From the NCBI GenBank assembly GCA_951406725.2, contig OX597819.1:117304001-117368000 (forward strand): a DNA stretch of 64,000 nucleotides. The letters are read 5' to 3'. The position numbers and the translations under genes are program-made. Source of the stretch: Octopus vulgaris (taxonomy: Eukaryota). The notes beneath the pieces are model-generated. The model was not told the DNA's origin. It made no database searches and saw nothing but the letters and a program-made list of their open reading frames with translations. Below are positions 12,282-25,750 of the stretch, piece after piece (the first letter of the stretch is position 1; each line of letters opens with the position of its first letter).

Positions 12282-14509
12282 GGTTGCTTCTGCGCATGTG
12301 CGAGTCAGTGTTGTGTTTGGCACTGAAGCGGTGAAGACGTGCTATTGAAGCCGTCTTGAATTGAAAACTTTGGAAGCCCCATGTAAGGTAAGATTCTGTT
12401 TTCTGGGTCCAGTGGGAGTTTTTGTTGAGAATTGTTTTTTACAGGCAGGAAGTCCTACTGGATTCAGAATTCTGATTCTGCCGACATGTGGCAAATATAT
12501 TTTTCTCGCTGAGAAAATTTTGGGGGGCGTATCCGTCTTCGATAAATTGAGTAAATATTTTTCTCACGTAATTGTGAGAATTGTATTGTGCTGTGAAGAA
12601 CTTTTATGAATTGTGAAAACTACTACTTCGCAAGAAAATTATAAAAATAAGCCACTATTGGATTACCTTTCGGACCCATTTTTGTGGAGGTTGTGTTGCA
12701 GTTGCGGCGTTCCAGGTTCAACCCAGGCCGGGAGTACCGCAAGGCCAGAATATTTTTGCTGCGTTTTTTTCTGTTTATTAACTTTCTTTTGAACTTCATT
12801 TAAACCCCCTTTTGTTTTTTTTCTTTATTGCGACTTTCCGTTGATTTCTTCCCTTCTGTTGTGCTTTCTCCTTTTTGTTTTTTCAAAAATCTATCAAATT
12901 TTATTTGGACTTTTGAACTTTTTTCTTCCTGCTTTTTGAGTTTAATTTGAATATATTTTTAAAAAAACATGGCAATGAAAAATAACAAAATTTTGGAGTG
13001 GGAAATCATACCACGTAAAAAGTGGTTAAAAGACCGTGAAGATAGGACGGTGGTGTTGAGAACCTACTCCAAGGCACTCGACACCATCGCCTTATTCGAA
13101 AATACGGCAATTGAGGAGGAGTTGGAAGAGTATTTGCCAACAATTAAATTCATTTCCAGGGGTGTCAAATATGCAACGGTGTGGTTGCTATTTGACACCC
13201 CTGAAGAGGCTTGCAAATTTGCTAGCAAACCCCTGGAGGGTAAGGAAATCTTATTCCTGCCCACGTACAAAAAAAAGAAATTGATGAAAGCTTGGATATG
13301 CGGATTGCCACCCGACATAGAACCCAAGTGGATAGAGGAGACTATCCGCCGGGGTCTGGGTGACAGCGAAACTAAGCTCCTCAATGTAAAAGTTCTTCCT
13401 GCGGCTGCTTGGGTTGGGTCAAAAGCAATTTTGACCCTGTGAACCCAATCAGCCAATCTGGTTCTTCCAGATTTTTTTTAAATGGCCGGGTGCAGGTACC
13501 CGGTGATGCTTGAGGGTCGCCCCCCTAAGTGTCATCGGTGCTTGGAGTCCGGCCACATAAAGAAGAACTGTCCTCGGGAACAAAATAGGATCCCGGAACA
13601 GTTAAGTAAAACCCCTCTAGAAGAGGGAACGATAACGGCCGAGAAAGCAGAGGACTCCTCAAACAGAGGCCGAAAGAGGAAGGTGAGCAACAATGGGTGC
13701 TCACCAAAGGATAATAGGGATGAGGAGAGGAAAGCGAATCTTTCAGCCACGGAGGAGACGCACCTTCCCTCAGTTGAAAAGGGAAAAAAAAAAAAAAAAG
13801 AGGCAGAAAAACGGGACATTACCGGCTGTCAGTGTAGCACCGGAATGTCCCGGAACTACGTCGGTTGGGGTTGTGCCACCGACAAGAGAAGGAATACCGT
13901 TGGCGGGTACTGTGCCGCCAACGAAAGAACTGAACGTATTGGTCCTCTTCTATAGAGGAGGAGAAATTGAAAAAGTGATGGAAGAGCACTACAAGGGAGC
14001 ACCTTTAGCCTTCACACAGGACCCCGAATGGCCTCCGCAGGTAGCTGTGGAGGCCGTGGCGTTCGACGTGACGCTTGGGCTAAAGGAGCTCAATGAAGAT
14101 TATAATTTGGTCCCGGGCGACGCGAACTCGGAACTTGATTACGTTCTGAGGGAGGCGTGGTTGATGGTGGAGGGCGCGGGCACAAGCTATTTCGAGGACG
14201 ATATGTATTATTAGTAATGGACTTAAGTCCAAAAACTGAAAAATTGTAAGAGGATTAATACCTCGTTTTGTATTAATAATGGACTGCTAAGTCCAAAAAT
14301 TGGAAAAATTGTAAGAGGTTTAATACCTCGTTTTGTGTTTATCTTTAAAAAGAACAATGTTTTAGAGAAGCGAAAGCCGGTGGGCGCTTTTTGTCTTCTC
14401 CCATCCTTATCATCTTTCTTTCATTATCATTCACCTCATTAATGTCCTCGTCCAGCCCGCAAAGCTAACTTAATCTGTGTACTGCCTTTATGGCAAATGT
14501 TTTGAAATA
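12282..14509 (+). mobile_element. ORF1-only L1/Tx1-type non-LTR element with 15-bp TSD
   Basis: aagtagcttgctaac duplicated at 12267-12281 and 14510-14524; long 5' UTR, gag-like ORF, short 3' UTR ending gaaataa; no endonuclease or RT. Confidence 0.85.
12969..14214 (+). pseudogene. L1/Tx1-type ORF1 (gag-like, CCHC zinc knuckle), disrupted
   Basis: ORFs at 12969 and 13482 share a frame, separated by stops at 13440 and 13479; EGRPPKCHRCLESGHIKKNCP knuckle; probable frameshift in the poly-A near 13790 into ORF 13693..14214. Confidence 0.8.
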
Positions 14510-14896
14510 AAGTAGCTTGCTAACAAACCACATGGTCCCGGGTTCAGTCCCAGTGCGTGGCATCTTGGGCAAGTGTCTTCTACTATAGCCCCGGGCTGAC
14601 CAATGCCTTGTGAGTGGATTTGGTAGACGGAAACTGAAAGAAGCCTGTCGTATATATGTATATATATATATGTATGTGTGTGTGTTTGTGTGTGTGTGTT
14701 TGTCCCCCTAGTGTTGCATGACAACCGATGGTGGTGTGTTTACGTCCCCGTCACTTAGCGGTTCGGCAAAAGAGACCGATAGAATAAGTACTGGGCTTAC
14801 AAGGGAATGAGTCCCTGGGTCGAGTTGCTCGATTAAGGGCGGTGCTCCAGCATGGCCGCAGTCAAATGACTGAAACAAGTAAAAGAGAGTAAAAAG

Positions 14897-14965
<69 letters not shown>

Positions 14966-15002
14966 TGTGTGTGTTTGTGTGCATGTAAGTATGTATATAT
15001 AT

Positions 15003-15090
15003 GTGTCACCACTTTTGTGTTTAAATGTACAGTAATTATATATATATATATATATAATTACTGTACATTTAAACACAAAAGTGGTGATAC
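15003..15090. repeat. Near-perfect 88-bp palindrome at the edge of the tandem repeat
   Basis: gtgtcaccacttttgtgtttaaatgtacagtaat(ta)n attactgtacatttaaacacaaaagtggtgatac. Confidence 0.95.
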
Positions 15091-15897
15091 TTAACAGGCA
15101 GGCTTAGACTCTAGAAAGAGCATTCAAAACGAACAAAATCACATTTAAGAGCAATTTTGAAGGAAATGAAAAGTGAAAACTTTTACCCTTTTTCTTTTTT
15201 ACAGCCATACCTAAGTTACAAACACTAATTAGCAAATAGAATATTTTGCTAGGCGAAGTTCTCATCATTGCTAACGTCAAACCATTAACATATAATTTAG
15301 AGACAAAATACATATGTCTCATCATTATATATTATAATTTTCCAAATCACCGCGCAAGTGCGGTTTCAGTCGGTAGCATATGAAAAAATGCCGAATTAAT
15401 CTTCCGAAATTGCTAAAATCATATTCATAAAATATAGAATAGTGAAATCTGAGATATTTCACTACCAGTGGCCTAGCATGTATAAAAAGCCAATAGACTA
15501 CATATTCACCATATAGAATGTGTGTACATTTAAACACAGAAGGGACAACCCTTAACAGGCAGCCTTAGAGGCTAGAAAAAGAAATCAAAACGACCAAAAC
15601 TACATTTAAGTGTGATTTCCAAGGGAATGAAAGATTAAAACTTTTCCCTTGATTTTTGTACAGCCATACCTAGGTTTCGAACTCTAATTAGCAAATAAAA
15701 TAATTTGGTAGGCGAAGTTCTCATCAGTGGCTACGCGTAAATATTAACATATAATTTAGAGACAGAATAACAACTGTGTCTTATCATTATATATTATAAC
15801 ATTTCAAATTCAACGCGCAAGCGCGGTTTCAGTCGCCGGCGAATGAAGAAATACCGAATTAATCTTCCGAAATTACTCAAATATATTCATAAAATAT
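15062..15897 (-). repeat. ~460-bp tandem repeat (about 1.8 units), one HHR motif per unit; retrozyme / Penelope pLTR-like
   Basis: Anchors tgtacatttaaacaca at 15062 and 15523, cagccatacc at 15202 and 15661. Confidence 0.85.
15661..15733 (-). ncRNA. Type I hammerhead ribozyme, intact core
   Basis: Minus strand reads UAGCCA-CUGAUGA-GAACU...AGUUC-GAAA-CCUAGG-UA/UGGCUG: 6-bp stem I, 5-bp stem II, palindromic stem III, GUA site. Confidence 0.85.
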
Positions 15898-15968
15898 GTA
15901 TATATTTATGTATATAATATGTATTATATTTATGTATATAATATGTATATACATAAAATGTATGTATG

Positions 15969-16023
<55 letters not shown>

Positions 16024-16061
16024 GTGTGTGTGTGTGTGTGTGTATGTGTGTGTGTGTGTGT

Positions 16062-16102
<41 letters not shown>

Positions 16103-16114
16103 TGTGACTGTGTG

Positions 16115-16265
16115 AAAGCGCAATGGTCCAGTCGTTAGGGCAACAGACTTGCAGTCATAGGATCGCGGTTTCGATTCCTAGACTGGGTGTTGTGTGTGTT
16201 TATTGAGCCAAAAAATATAAAGTTTTCTCCCGAAATAAGGGGTGGCGAACACTGCTGTACTCTTT
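16115..16265 (+). mobile_element. SINE family C fragment
   Basis: gcgcaatggtccagtcgttagggcaacagacttgcagtcataggatcgcggtttcgattcc; matches 22420-22711. Confidence 0.8.
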
Positions 16266-16560
16266 CTTTCTGTTTCCGTCTACCAAATCCACTCACCAAG
16301 ATTTGGCCGGACCGAGGCTATGGTAGAAGACACCTTCTATAGTAGAAGATACCCGAGGCTATAGTAGAAGCTTGCTTCCTAACGACACAAGTGTTTGGGA
16401 GGCAAGCTTCTTACCACACAGACAGGCTTGCACCTCCGCACAGCCACGCTGCACCACTCTACAACCACGCTGCGCCTCCACACAGCAAAGCTGTACCTCT
16501 AATACATCGGCGATGCGACTACACAGAGCCACGCTGCGCCTCCACATTGCCACGCTCAGT
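16265..16560 (-). mobile_element. SINE family A fragment followed by a ~21-bp minisatellite resembling its head
   Basis: gtttccgtctaccaaatccactcac core, then repeated cacagccacgctgcgcctc-like units at 16413-16557. Confidence 0.7.
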
Positions 16561-16858
16561 CAACAGGAATGTAGGTGTTTTCGTGACTAAATAGAGATTG
16601 TTTACGATGTGTTTGTTATTTTACACATATACATTAAAAGTACATTTCAACTTTTAATGAAATAACTTCCATGACCTCTTCGCTCTATATAAACCAATAA
16701 TATGGGCCATATTTGCATTAGTGTAAATAGGGAAAACAAACGTAGACAGCAGTGCTGAGATTATACGTTAATCGAAAAAGAGCATAAAAAGTGTTTTACT
16801 AATGGAAGATAAATCAGAAATAAACATACATAAATATATATGCGTGTGTCTGTCTCTG

Positions 16859-16914
<56 letters not shown>

Positions 16915-17090
16915 TACGATATATAAACGTACACACACACACATATATATACACATAGGCACTCCTATATATATATATATTTATATGCATATGTATATAT
17001 ACATATATATGCATATACATATATTTAACTATATATACACATAGGCTCTCACAAACATATACATGCATATATATGTATACATATAATATA

Positions 17091-17150
<60 letters not shown>

Positions 17151-17199
17151 TATACTTATATGTAATTATATATACACACAGCACTCACACATACATATA

Positions 17200-17236
<37 letters not shown>

Positions 17237-19245
17237 GGATATATACATATACGTATATACATATATTTATGTGTGTGTATATGCTTATTAAAAAAAAAAA
17301 CTCATCCGCGCATGTATTACTGCAAAATACATATTTGCCAAAAGTTAACAGCTGCTCAAAACCTCTGGAAATATTGATAGACTCTGAATTGAGATATTCG
17401 CACCTAATAATTAGTTACCTAGAACTACCAATTTAAAATATTTGAAGTTGCTGGTTATATCAGTTGCAAAATATAATCGACAAGGAAAAGTAATATAGAT
17501 ATTCCTATTCCTGTTTTTTAATGTTTGTATTTACCTCTCATCAAGAGTAATATTTTCCTGTATTAGGATATTTATAATCATTGGTATTTCAATACATTAT
17601 TTTCCTTGTGTACAGAGATGACATATAATAAGTTGGAACACGTGGAGAACGTTTTAAAATGTAGTGAAGCCTTTTGATCAGTGATTGTTTGGGTGGTAAA
17701 TAGTCGAAATGACATATAGATAAATGTGTTAACTCACAATATAAGCAATTAAGCAAAATTTTCGGTATCTGAAGTACATCAAAAGTGTGAAAAGCTCAAT
17801 AATTAGGGTGGAAAGTAAAAACAGAACAGTCAAATATTATAGAAATCGATAAAAAAGAAAAGACGGTCTTATTTATGGTTGATAACCAAGCTCTCGAATA
17901 TGTGAGCATAACGATGTAACACTTGTGCTCCAAGGGTGGTACTTCACCCAATGTGGAACGAAGAATCGGAAACGGGGATGCTATTTCAGCGGATGTAGTG
18001 AATCTAAAAACAATAGACGTGACCATAAGGCAATACATAAAGGAAAAGCTTTTCTGAACATTACAATACGAGGTCATTTACCACTGAGAGTACATGATTA
18101 TCTGAAAAATATATGTTACAAAATATAATACGATAATACGCATGCTAAGAACAATTTCTGCTCAGAAAATTCATTACTGCAGATTGTAGTAGGAAAAAGT
18201 AATCACTGAGCCTATAGTTGATTATCAAATAAATGATATTTGAAAGAGTTACTGACACATGAACCCTGGGAGCATTAATCATGGGTAAGGTTGCAGAAAT
18301 TTAATTAAGTTTCTGTTATTTTAAAATTTCCTAAATATATTCGAGAACAAAATATAGATATGTTTCTAAAAATCAGTGCATTCATATAAGAAGATAAATA
18401 GTCCTAGTTAGCTCTACACTTTCCTTCAGTTCCTTCCAGGGTTTGAAGGTTATAAGGCGGAGGGTAGATGCAATTACTTTCAATGTACGGTCAAGTCTTT
18501 TAAATATAGAAAAATACGTTAACATAAATATTTGATCCTCTACTCCGATTCGTATAACACTTGTTTACTGCACTGTTCAAGTAAAGATATGCGGGACTCA
18601 AAGCTCGCTATCAATTGTAACTTCGATAGCTAAAACCTGCGCAAAACGAGATTGCATAATACTAAGGACATCGCAGAAAACCTTAGAGAACAAGGTAATG
18701 TACGACCGTTTTTAAGTTGAATCAATGTTTTCGGAAGATATCAAAATCAGGCAAGCTTCGAGAGATTAATGCTTCAGCTGAATGCATACTCCATATTATT
18801 GCCCTATGATGAATGGTTTTGGTACAAACAATGATGGATTTTCCATTTAGCAAGATAGTATAGTATTCAAATATTAATGGAAATTATTCTCACCCACTGT
18901 AACGTCATCGATGTGAGGATGTATCTTATTATCCTTCAGCAATTCCTTTTGAAATTAGTCTGGTTAATAATCGTTATGTCTTTCCATATGATACGCTATA
19001 GCTAAAAGAAAAACGCCAGTGTACTAATACTGAGTTTCAGGAAATGCTAAAAAGATTGGATTTAATAGTTCATCATCAAATGTGTTTATAGGTTTGTAGT
19101 TTCAATCGAGAGATTGACAGGTCGTTTCCAACTTGACGATTGGAAAGCAAACTGTGGGAATTTTAATAACAGATGTATTGGTGTAACGCAGAGAGATGCG
19201 CTCCGTGGTGCACAGGAAACATGTATTAAAAATAAAACCACTGAA

Positions 19246-19337
19246 TACTACTACTACTACTACTGCTGCTGCTGCTGTTGCTGCTGTTGGTACTGCTGCT
19301 GCAACTGCTACTACTAGTGTTACTGCTGCTGCTGCTG
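19246..19337. repeat. (TAC)n/(TGC)n compound microsatellite
   Basis: Direct reading. Confidence 0.9.
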
Positions 19338-19438
19338 ATAAAATGCCAATAATAATAATACTGGTTACAAAATTTGGTATAATGCCATTTTCGGGGTGGG
19401 GTTAAGTCAATTACATTAACATAGCTGCTTTACTGGTA

Positions 19439-19684
19439 CAGTAATCCGTCGATTATCACGGGTGTTAAGTGCCGAAACTCTCTGCGATATGTGAAAATCC
19501 GCGAAGTAGAGTAAGTACTTTACTGTATATTTTAAAATTTTATTTCTATAATTTGTATATATTTATTTCATTATAAATGTAAAACAACAGCACGGAGGAA
19601 TCGACGTAAACTTACTAAGAAGAAACAAAAAACCGTGATAGTTGAAACACGAAAGGCGAACCGCGATATGGTGAGGTATTACTG
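19439..19684. mobile_element. pogo/Tigger-like MITE inserted in a family B SINE
   Basis: TA|cagtaatccgtcg ... tgaggtattactg|TA termini; flanks ctggta / cttattt rejoin the SINE B core (19360-19800, minus). Confidence 0.8.
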
Positions 19685-22419
19685 TACTTATTTCCTTGAC
19701 GCACAAAGGGTGACAGACCAAGGCGACCTTCGCGGAATTTATTCACAGATCGTAAAAACGGGCAAAATAAAATTTTGGCTAACGTGCTAACAATTCTGTT
19801 CGTTCAAAGAAGAAAAGAATAAGAAAGCAGTTGTGCAACAGGAAGAGAAGAAAGGTGAACAGAAGCAATTTTAATAGGTATTATATTATATCTTTCATGT
19901 TATATCCTTGAAGATATTTGACTTTCGTTCTGCACTCGTTAAATTGTATTCTATGTGATTTCATAACATTGTCGACATTCGTTCGTCTTTCCAAATCACT
20001 CTGTATGCAGACACTACAGCCCTTTACACTCCCAAACATTGTCTAACGATATTCTGTTTGCATATGTTATACATGACATTGCATATCTGCTGTGTGCAAT
20101 TAAAACTTTTGATTAAAACAAAATGGAGTGCTTCTATGACATATCAAAATGTCATCAACTTTTGCTTCATTATTGATTTCTAACGTTGACATATGTCCAG
20201 ATCCTCAGAGTGGGGTCATATTTGATGAAATTGACCTATTACTTAAATATAATTTATTTTAGCAACTATAAACAGAAGAATCGACCCCAAACGGCATTTC
20301 AACATGAAACATATAATGGTTTAGTTAATGTAATCTGTTAGCAAGGAATTTTTCTTCGATATTTGAACAATATCGCCATCCATTGACCTGGATGAAAAAC
20401 GATATCAAACGAGAATGACGCAACGTTGTCATTTCTTCCCCTACCTTCCCTTTCCTCTATAATCACCATCATCTCCATGCCATTCATCATCGTCGCCATA
20501 ATATTCATCATTGTAAACATCAAAAGTTTTCTTCCTCTTGTTGTTATCAAGAGGTCATCATTTATATCTCAATCGTCAATCTTAAACATAACTCTCTTTT
20601 GAACATTATAATCACTATCATCATGTATGCATTTATTGTCAATATAATCTCACTTTCATCACTCCGCCTTCTTAAGTTCATTTTAACAAACGAAACTATA
20701 CTCTAATTAAATACACTAAATCCAAAATCGCTTATATTAACATATATACTGGTTTTAAGTTTACTTGGATTTAGTTGCAGTATAATATTACAGCATAAGA
20801 AACAATGAAGGATATAGAGAAAAACGACCACGAATATGCTTGCGCCAGATAACCCTGTACCCTGAGCAAAATAGATTTGAAATCCCTGTTGCAGGATAGC
20901 TCGAACTCTGCAAAAATTTTGATAGGTGATTTCTACTACAGCCAGGGTTCGCTATACATTATTTGTTACACGGAACATTTATGGAAGCCTGCACGCACAT
21001 AGACGAAGGCCAGTTCAATAGCAAGACCGGGCGCACACAGAAACATGCACACACACACACACACACACTACATACACACACACTCACTCACTCCCTTTCT
21101 TTCGCTCTCTCTCTCTCTCTCTCTCTCACGCAGACTTACATACACACACTTGTATACCATTAAAGACAAATCAAAATGTCTACTATATCTAAAGTGATTC
21201 ATTGGCTTCCCGGATCTCGATGACATATGTATCGTAAAATCACTATCCGTACGACAAAGAATGCTTCGGCGCATGGTTCACCCTTCATATTTTGCTGCCT
21301 GCCAGTCAGAAGCTGATCTATTTCATAATTTATCAAACCAATCTTCTTTAGTTTTGAAGAATTCTTTTTTTCTTCCCTTGAAAACCATGATTATTCTTTG
21401 AGCAATACTACCGAGAGGAAAGCCTTCATATAGCGTTCCCAATTTCCATCCACTACACATATTACCTATGAGTTCTTGAAATATGTTTCCTTCAAGTACA
21501 CAATGGACAAAATCATCAACACATTCACTGAATATCCAGAGGCTATCTCGATTGCTTCAAAGCAACAAATTTATGCATTATTCATTGTATTATCTCCAAA
21601 TATTACACTTGTAAGTTAGTTCATATAAATATATATATATATATATATATATTTCAACCCAGTGTTTTCCTATCTGTTGCCATCCATGTTTCGAAATATA
21701 CTGCAATGCATCAACTGGTTAAAAAAAGAATAATATCCGGCCTTTGTCATGTATCATCAGAACGTCATATCAAAATCTCGAATGTAATGGAAGCAGTTAT
21801 TAATATCGACTCTCTCCTGTAACATTAGACCCTCTCTCCAATGAATTCCAGTGGGTCTTGTGTAATGTTGCAAAGCTGAAGATGCTGGCGACGAACTATA
21901 CTACGCCATTCATTCATGTACTTTCACCTTGACTAAAGCGATAAGTAAATTTGTTGCACTCGTTACACTTTACACTGCATAGCAATTACGTAGAAAGAAG
22001 TGATTATATCAATCCTTGCAAACACCAACATTAGAAGAATAGAAAACGAATGACTTGTTTCTTGGCAACTTTTAACGAACGCTCTATTAGTCAACAGATT
22101 CCATATAAAATGTAAATATAACTGATGTTACTAAGAGAACAATTGCTTTTATTGCTATAACCACTATCATTTTAGTGATTTTCTTTTGTCGATAATGTTT
22201 AGTGCAGATCGTCTGCTATTAAGTAATTTCATTTTGAATGGTATTACCATCTATAGCTGTCATGCTTTGTTTTTTTCAATCGAATAGTATACAGCGCTGT
22301 ATTATTACGTTTTCCTTGTTTTAGAACATGTTCTGTTATGCATTAAGTTGGGCTATAAATTATAGGTGATCAAGTAGCCGCATAAGTTCTTTGGTGGCAT
22401 TTTCCCTAATTCCTTATGT

Positions 22420-22711
22420 GATCACGTGATCACGTGACCGACCAGACCATCTGACGTTACACATCGCTGGTCACAATGCGTTCGCATTGTTTTAGCCTTC
22501 GAATGACGCCACCCCGCTGGCTAAGCGTGCAGGCCAACAGAAGAAAGAGTGGTGAAAGAGTACAGCAGGGATCACCACCCCCTGCCGGAGCATCGTGGAG
22601 CTTTTTAGGTGTTTTCGCTCAACAAACACTCACAACGCCCGGTCTAGGAATCGAAACCGCGATCCTACGACCGCGAGTCCGCTGCCCTAACCACTGGGCC
22701 ATTGCGCCTCC
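22420..22711 (-). mobile_element. SINE family C, full length, tRNA-derived (Arg-like), 13-bp TSD
   Basis: Head ggaggcgcaatggcccagtggttagggcagcggactcgcgg...ggtttcgattcc; tail of cacgtgat repeats; taattccttatgt duplicated at 22407-22419 and 22713-22725. Confidence 0.92.
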
Positions 22712-22799
22712 ATAATTCCTTATGTATTAATGTTAATTGTAGGGTATCTCGTGAGTCAGAATAAAAAATCATATAGCATTTAGATTTGTTAGTCAAGGT

Positions 22800-24400
22800 C
22801 CTGAATATTATTAAATTTTGTGTCAGTTGAAAATGTCTGATAAGATATATGCCAAGGTTTTTTTTATTTGTTTTAAGCAATGCGTTGTTGATATTGAATT
22901 CGGCCAGGTTATTGTATTCTTGGTTTTTACTTGGTTAGTTTGGGGGAAGTGGGTAGATCTCATAATCTTTGTAGGACATAAGAAAGTAATGCTGATATGT
23001 TCTGGCTGAACTGTTGTATACAAACAACTACATAAAAGAAATAGACGGGGATGGAAAGTCCAACGAAAACTATTTCGGGTTAGAAGGGATGGGCATATTC
23101 AGGAATAAGTAAAAGAGTGGATTGGACGATCCATGGTAGCAAATGTTAAGAGTATGGCACGAGCAGCTCAGAGTGATGGTGGTATCCAGATTTGAGGGGC
23201 AGACGAGAAGGAAAGCTGAGATATAAAACAGCGTGTATGAGAAGCAGCGGCTGGAGTTAGTGATGGAATGGCAATTGTCCGTCTGCCAGTTCGAGATATT
23301 AGTAAGTACAATAGCAGTACCAACCCAGGTGTGGGAACAGTCATCAATTTTTTTGTCTCATTCTACGTTTTTAGAATGTGAACAGCTATAAGAACCTTAA
23401 AAATCTTATTCTAAGAGAATAATCCTCACGATACGATTCTAACTATATTCAACATGCGATTTCGCAATCAGAGGTTCTAGTTAATATTGAAACTCAGTAT
23501 ATTGAGCAATTGTGGTTCCCTTCTTTGAGCACTTCTCATGTAAGAAGGAATGTAGTGTGGTGATACATTTTACATATATGTAATACTTGAGTTATAATTA
23601 TTGTCGATAAAATACAATTACTGTTTGGTCCCACTGAAGACGACTCCCAAATTCTCCGTTTATGAAATCATTGCAGTTCTGGCGTTCTCATGGTTCCGTT
23701 TAGGTTCCGTATTGATGATGCATGGTTAGGGAAGGTTATACAGAAGTGAATTTTTCGTATGTGTGAGAATGTCCTGTTTTGAATATTACGGTAGTTCTGA
23801 CAGTGATGTATGCACAGAAGAGAGAAACCCAACTGTAAATAATCCCTTTAAATCTCGGCTCAAAATATCACTTAAATGATTTTGTTAGTTGGTGAATAGA
23901 TGTACCGACAATCAATTGATTGTTTGAGATCGTGGCAATTTTGCCTTTCATTTGTAAATCCAGGCCTTCAGCTTCTGTAGAAGTCTTGTGACTCGTTGTA
24001 ATTAGAGTGCGATTGTTCTTCAAATGTAGCGCAGAGAACATCGAATGTTGGGCATTGTACAGTTTGTTGACTGATTTGTCGGGAAGCTCCAATGTTTGTT
24101 TCAACGGATATCGGCAAGGTGTGGTTGGTAGCCATTATGTTGATACTTTTGCTGGTGTAGATTTTACAGGTGATGACGGAAGATGACTGTAGGATTTTAT
24201 CGTAGTTTTTGTGCGCGTCCTGATGTTTCGTAACTATTTTAAATGTGTAGAGGATCGGTATCAAATACAACATACACAGGCAAGTTATAGAATGCATACG
24301 AGGATAGTGTAGACTCTATAATATAGAGTGTGCTTTAGGGATATGTGGACATATGTAGCAACCCACGATACATAGCAAACAATTTAAAACGCATCACTGA
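22800..24400 (-). mobile_element. Possible highly decayed Penelope-like RT relic
   Basis: Minus-strand translation from ~23348 gives IDDCSHTWVG...LDTTITL (resembling YIDD..W and FLD motifs), and ITWPN in ORF 22823..23023; weak similarity only. Confidence 0.25.
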
Positions 24401-25750
24401 TCTCTTAGTATGTATTTATTGTTTAAAGATGGGTTTTATAAATGTATTGCCATCTTGCACAATAATTGACCTTGAAATATTCATAATCAGAACTAAAATT
24501 TCGACGAAATTTATTCGACAAATTTTAATTGCCTGGCTATGTATGGATGTATGTATGTATGTATGCCTCTGTGAGAGTACGCGCGTGTGAGATTGGGTTT
24601 GTGTGCTTGCGTGCGCACGCTTTCAGAATAATGAATTAGCAGGCGTTGGTATTGCATAATATGAAGAACTACTACATCTCTTTTGTACAACACTATAATG
24701 AACAATTATATTTTCCATTGCTGTAACTTCATGCGCAGCATTGCAGTTAAATATATCCTGAAATATTGCAAAGCCGTCACGACTCAATATTTCATATATT
24801 CTAATTTTACAACTCTGCAGTTATATCACCAACAACAACAAGAAAAAATAGTGGTGACAAAATCCGTAGCAACTCTAATATTCATAGCAACAATAATATA
24901 TTAATTCCAGCCTTACCAATGACGAAAACGTTTTTACGACCTCTCTGACATAGAAATTATTAAACACTAAATTTATTCACTGTAAACCTACAGCTCGAAG
25001 TATAATCGATGTATCACGATCCATATTCATATTTGTGAAGGCTCAAACAGCAAAACAATTTCACCTTAAAGCAAACTTATTCAGCTACATTTACGAAAGC
25101 AGATTAGCAAAGATATAATTCCTTGATCCATAATTTTATGAAAACGTTTATCAAAATCATTCATATTCTATTGAATAATTCATCAATAGATTTTTATAAG
25201 GTTTTCTGAACAAATATTGTATGTAAACATTGAAATCTGATATTCTCGTTTTAGTTTATGATTTAGCAATATTATCAGGCACGAAATATGTAGCTATTAA
25301 ACACGACAACTACTGAACGTTGACCTGTGTTTAAAGTCTTTAAATTATTACTAAGCACGCCTCAGATTAAATAAAAACACTACCAACTTATAAATTGAAA
25401 CTTGTGATTCACTATATTTAGACTGTGATATGTGTGGAAGTACAGACGGGTCGGGGCAGATCGGAATATTGTTGATTTTGTGTCTGCACAATTTTATGAA
25501 ACTTTTATTGTTAAAATTCAGTTATACACAAATATACATAATATACAAATTAATAACTATATATATTTATGTTTGTGTGTATGTATATATATATATATAT
25601 ATGTGTGTGTATATATATGAATGTACATGTATATATACACACACACACATACGCGCGCACACACTCACACACACAGATATATATATATATATATATATAT
25701 AAATGAAAGAATGGAGTTGAACAACGAATTAACAAAATTCCTTTATTTTA

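Larger units (their letters stand above)
12244..14895 (+). mobile_element. SINE family A copy split by the 2.2-kb insertion (head 12244-12281, remainder 14525-14895)
   Basis: Head ggcacaggagtggctgtgtggtaagtagcttgctaac resumes after 14524 as aaaccacatggtcccgggttcagtccc. Confidence 0.93.
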
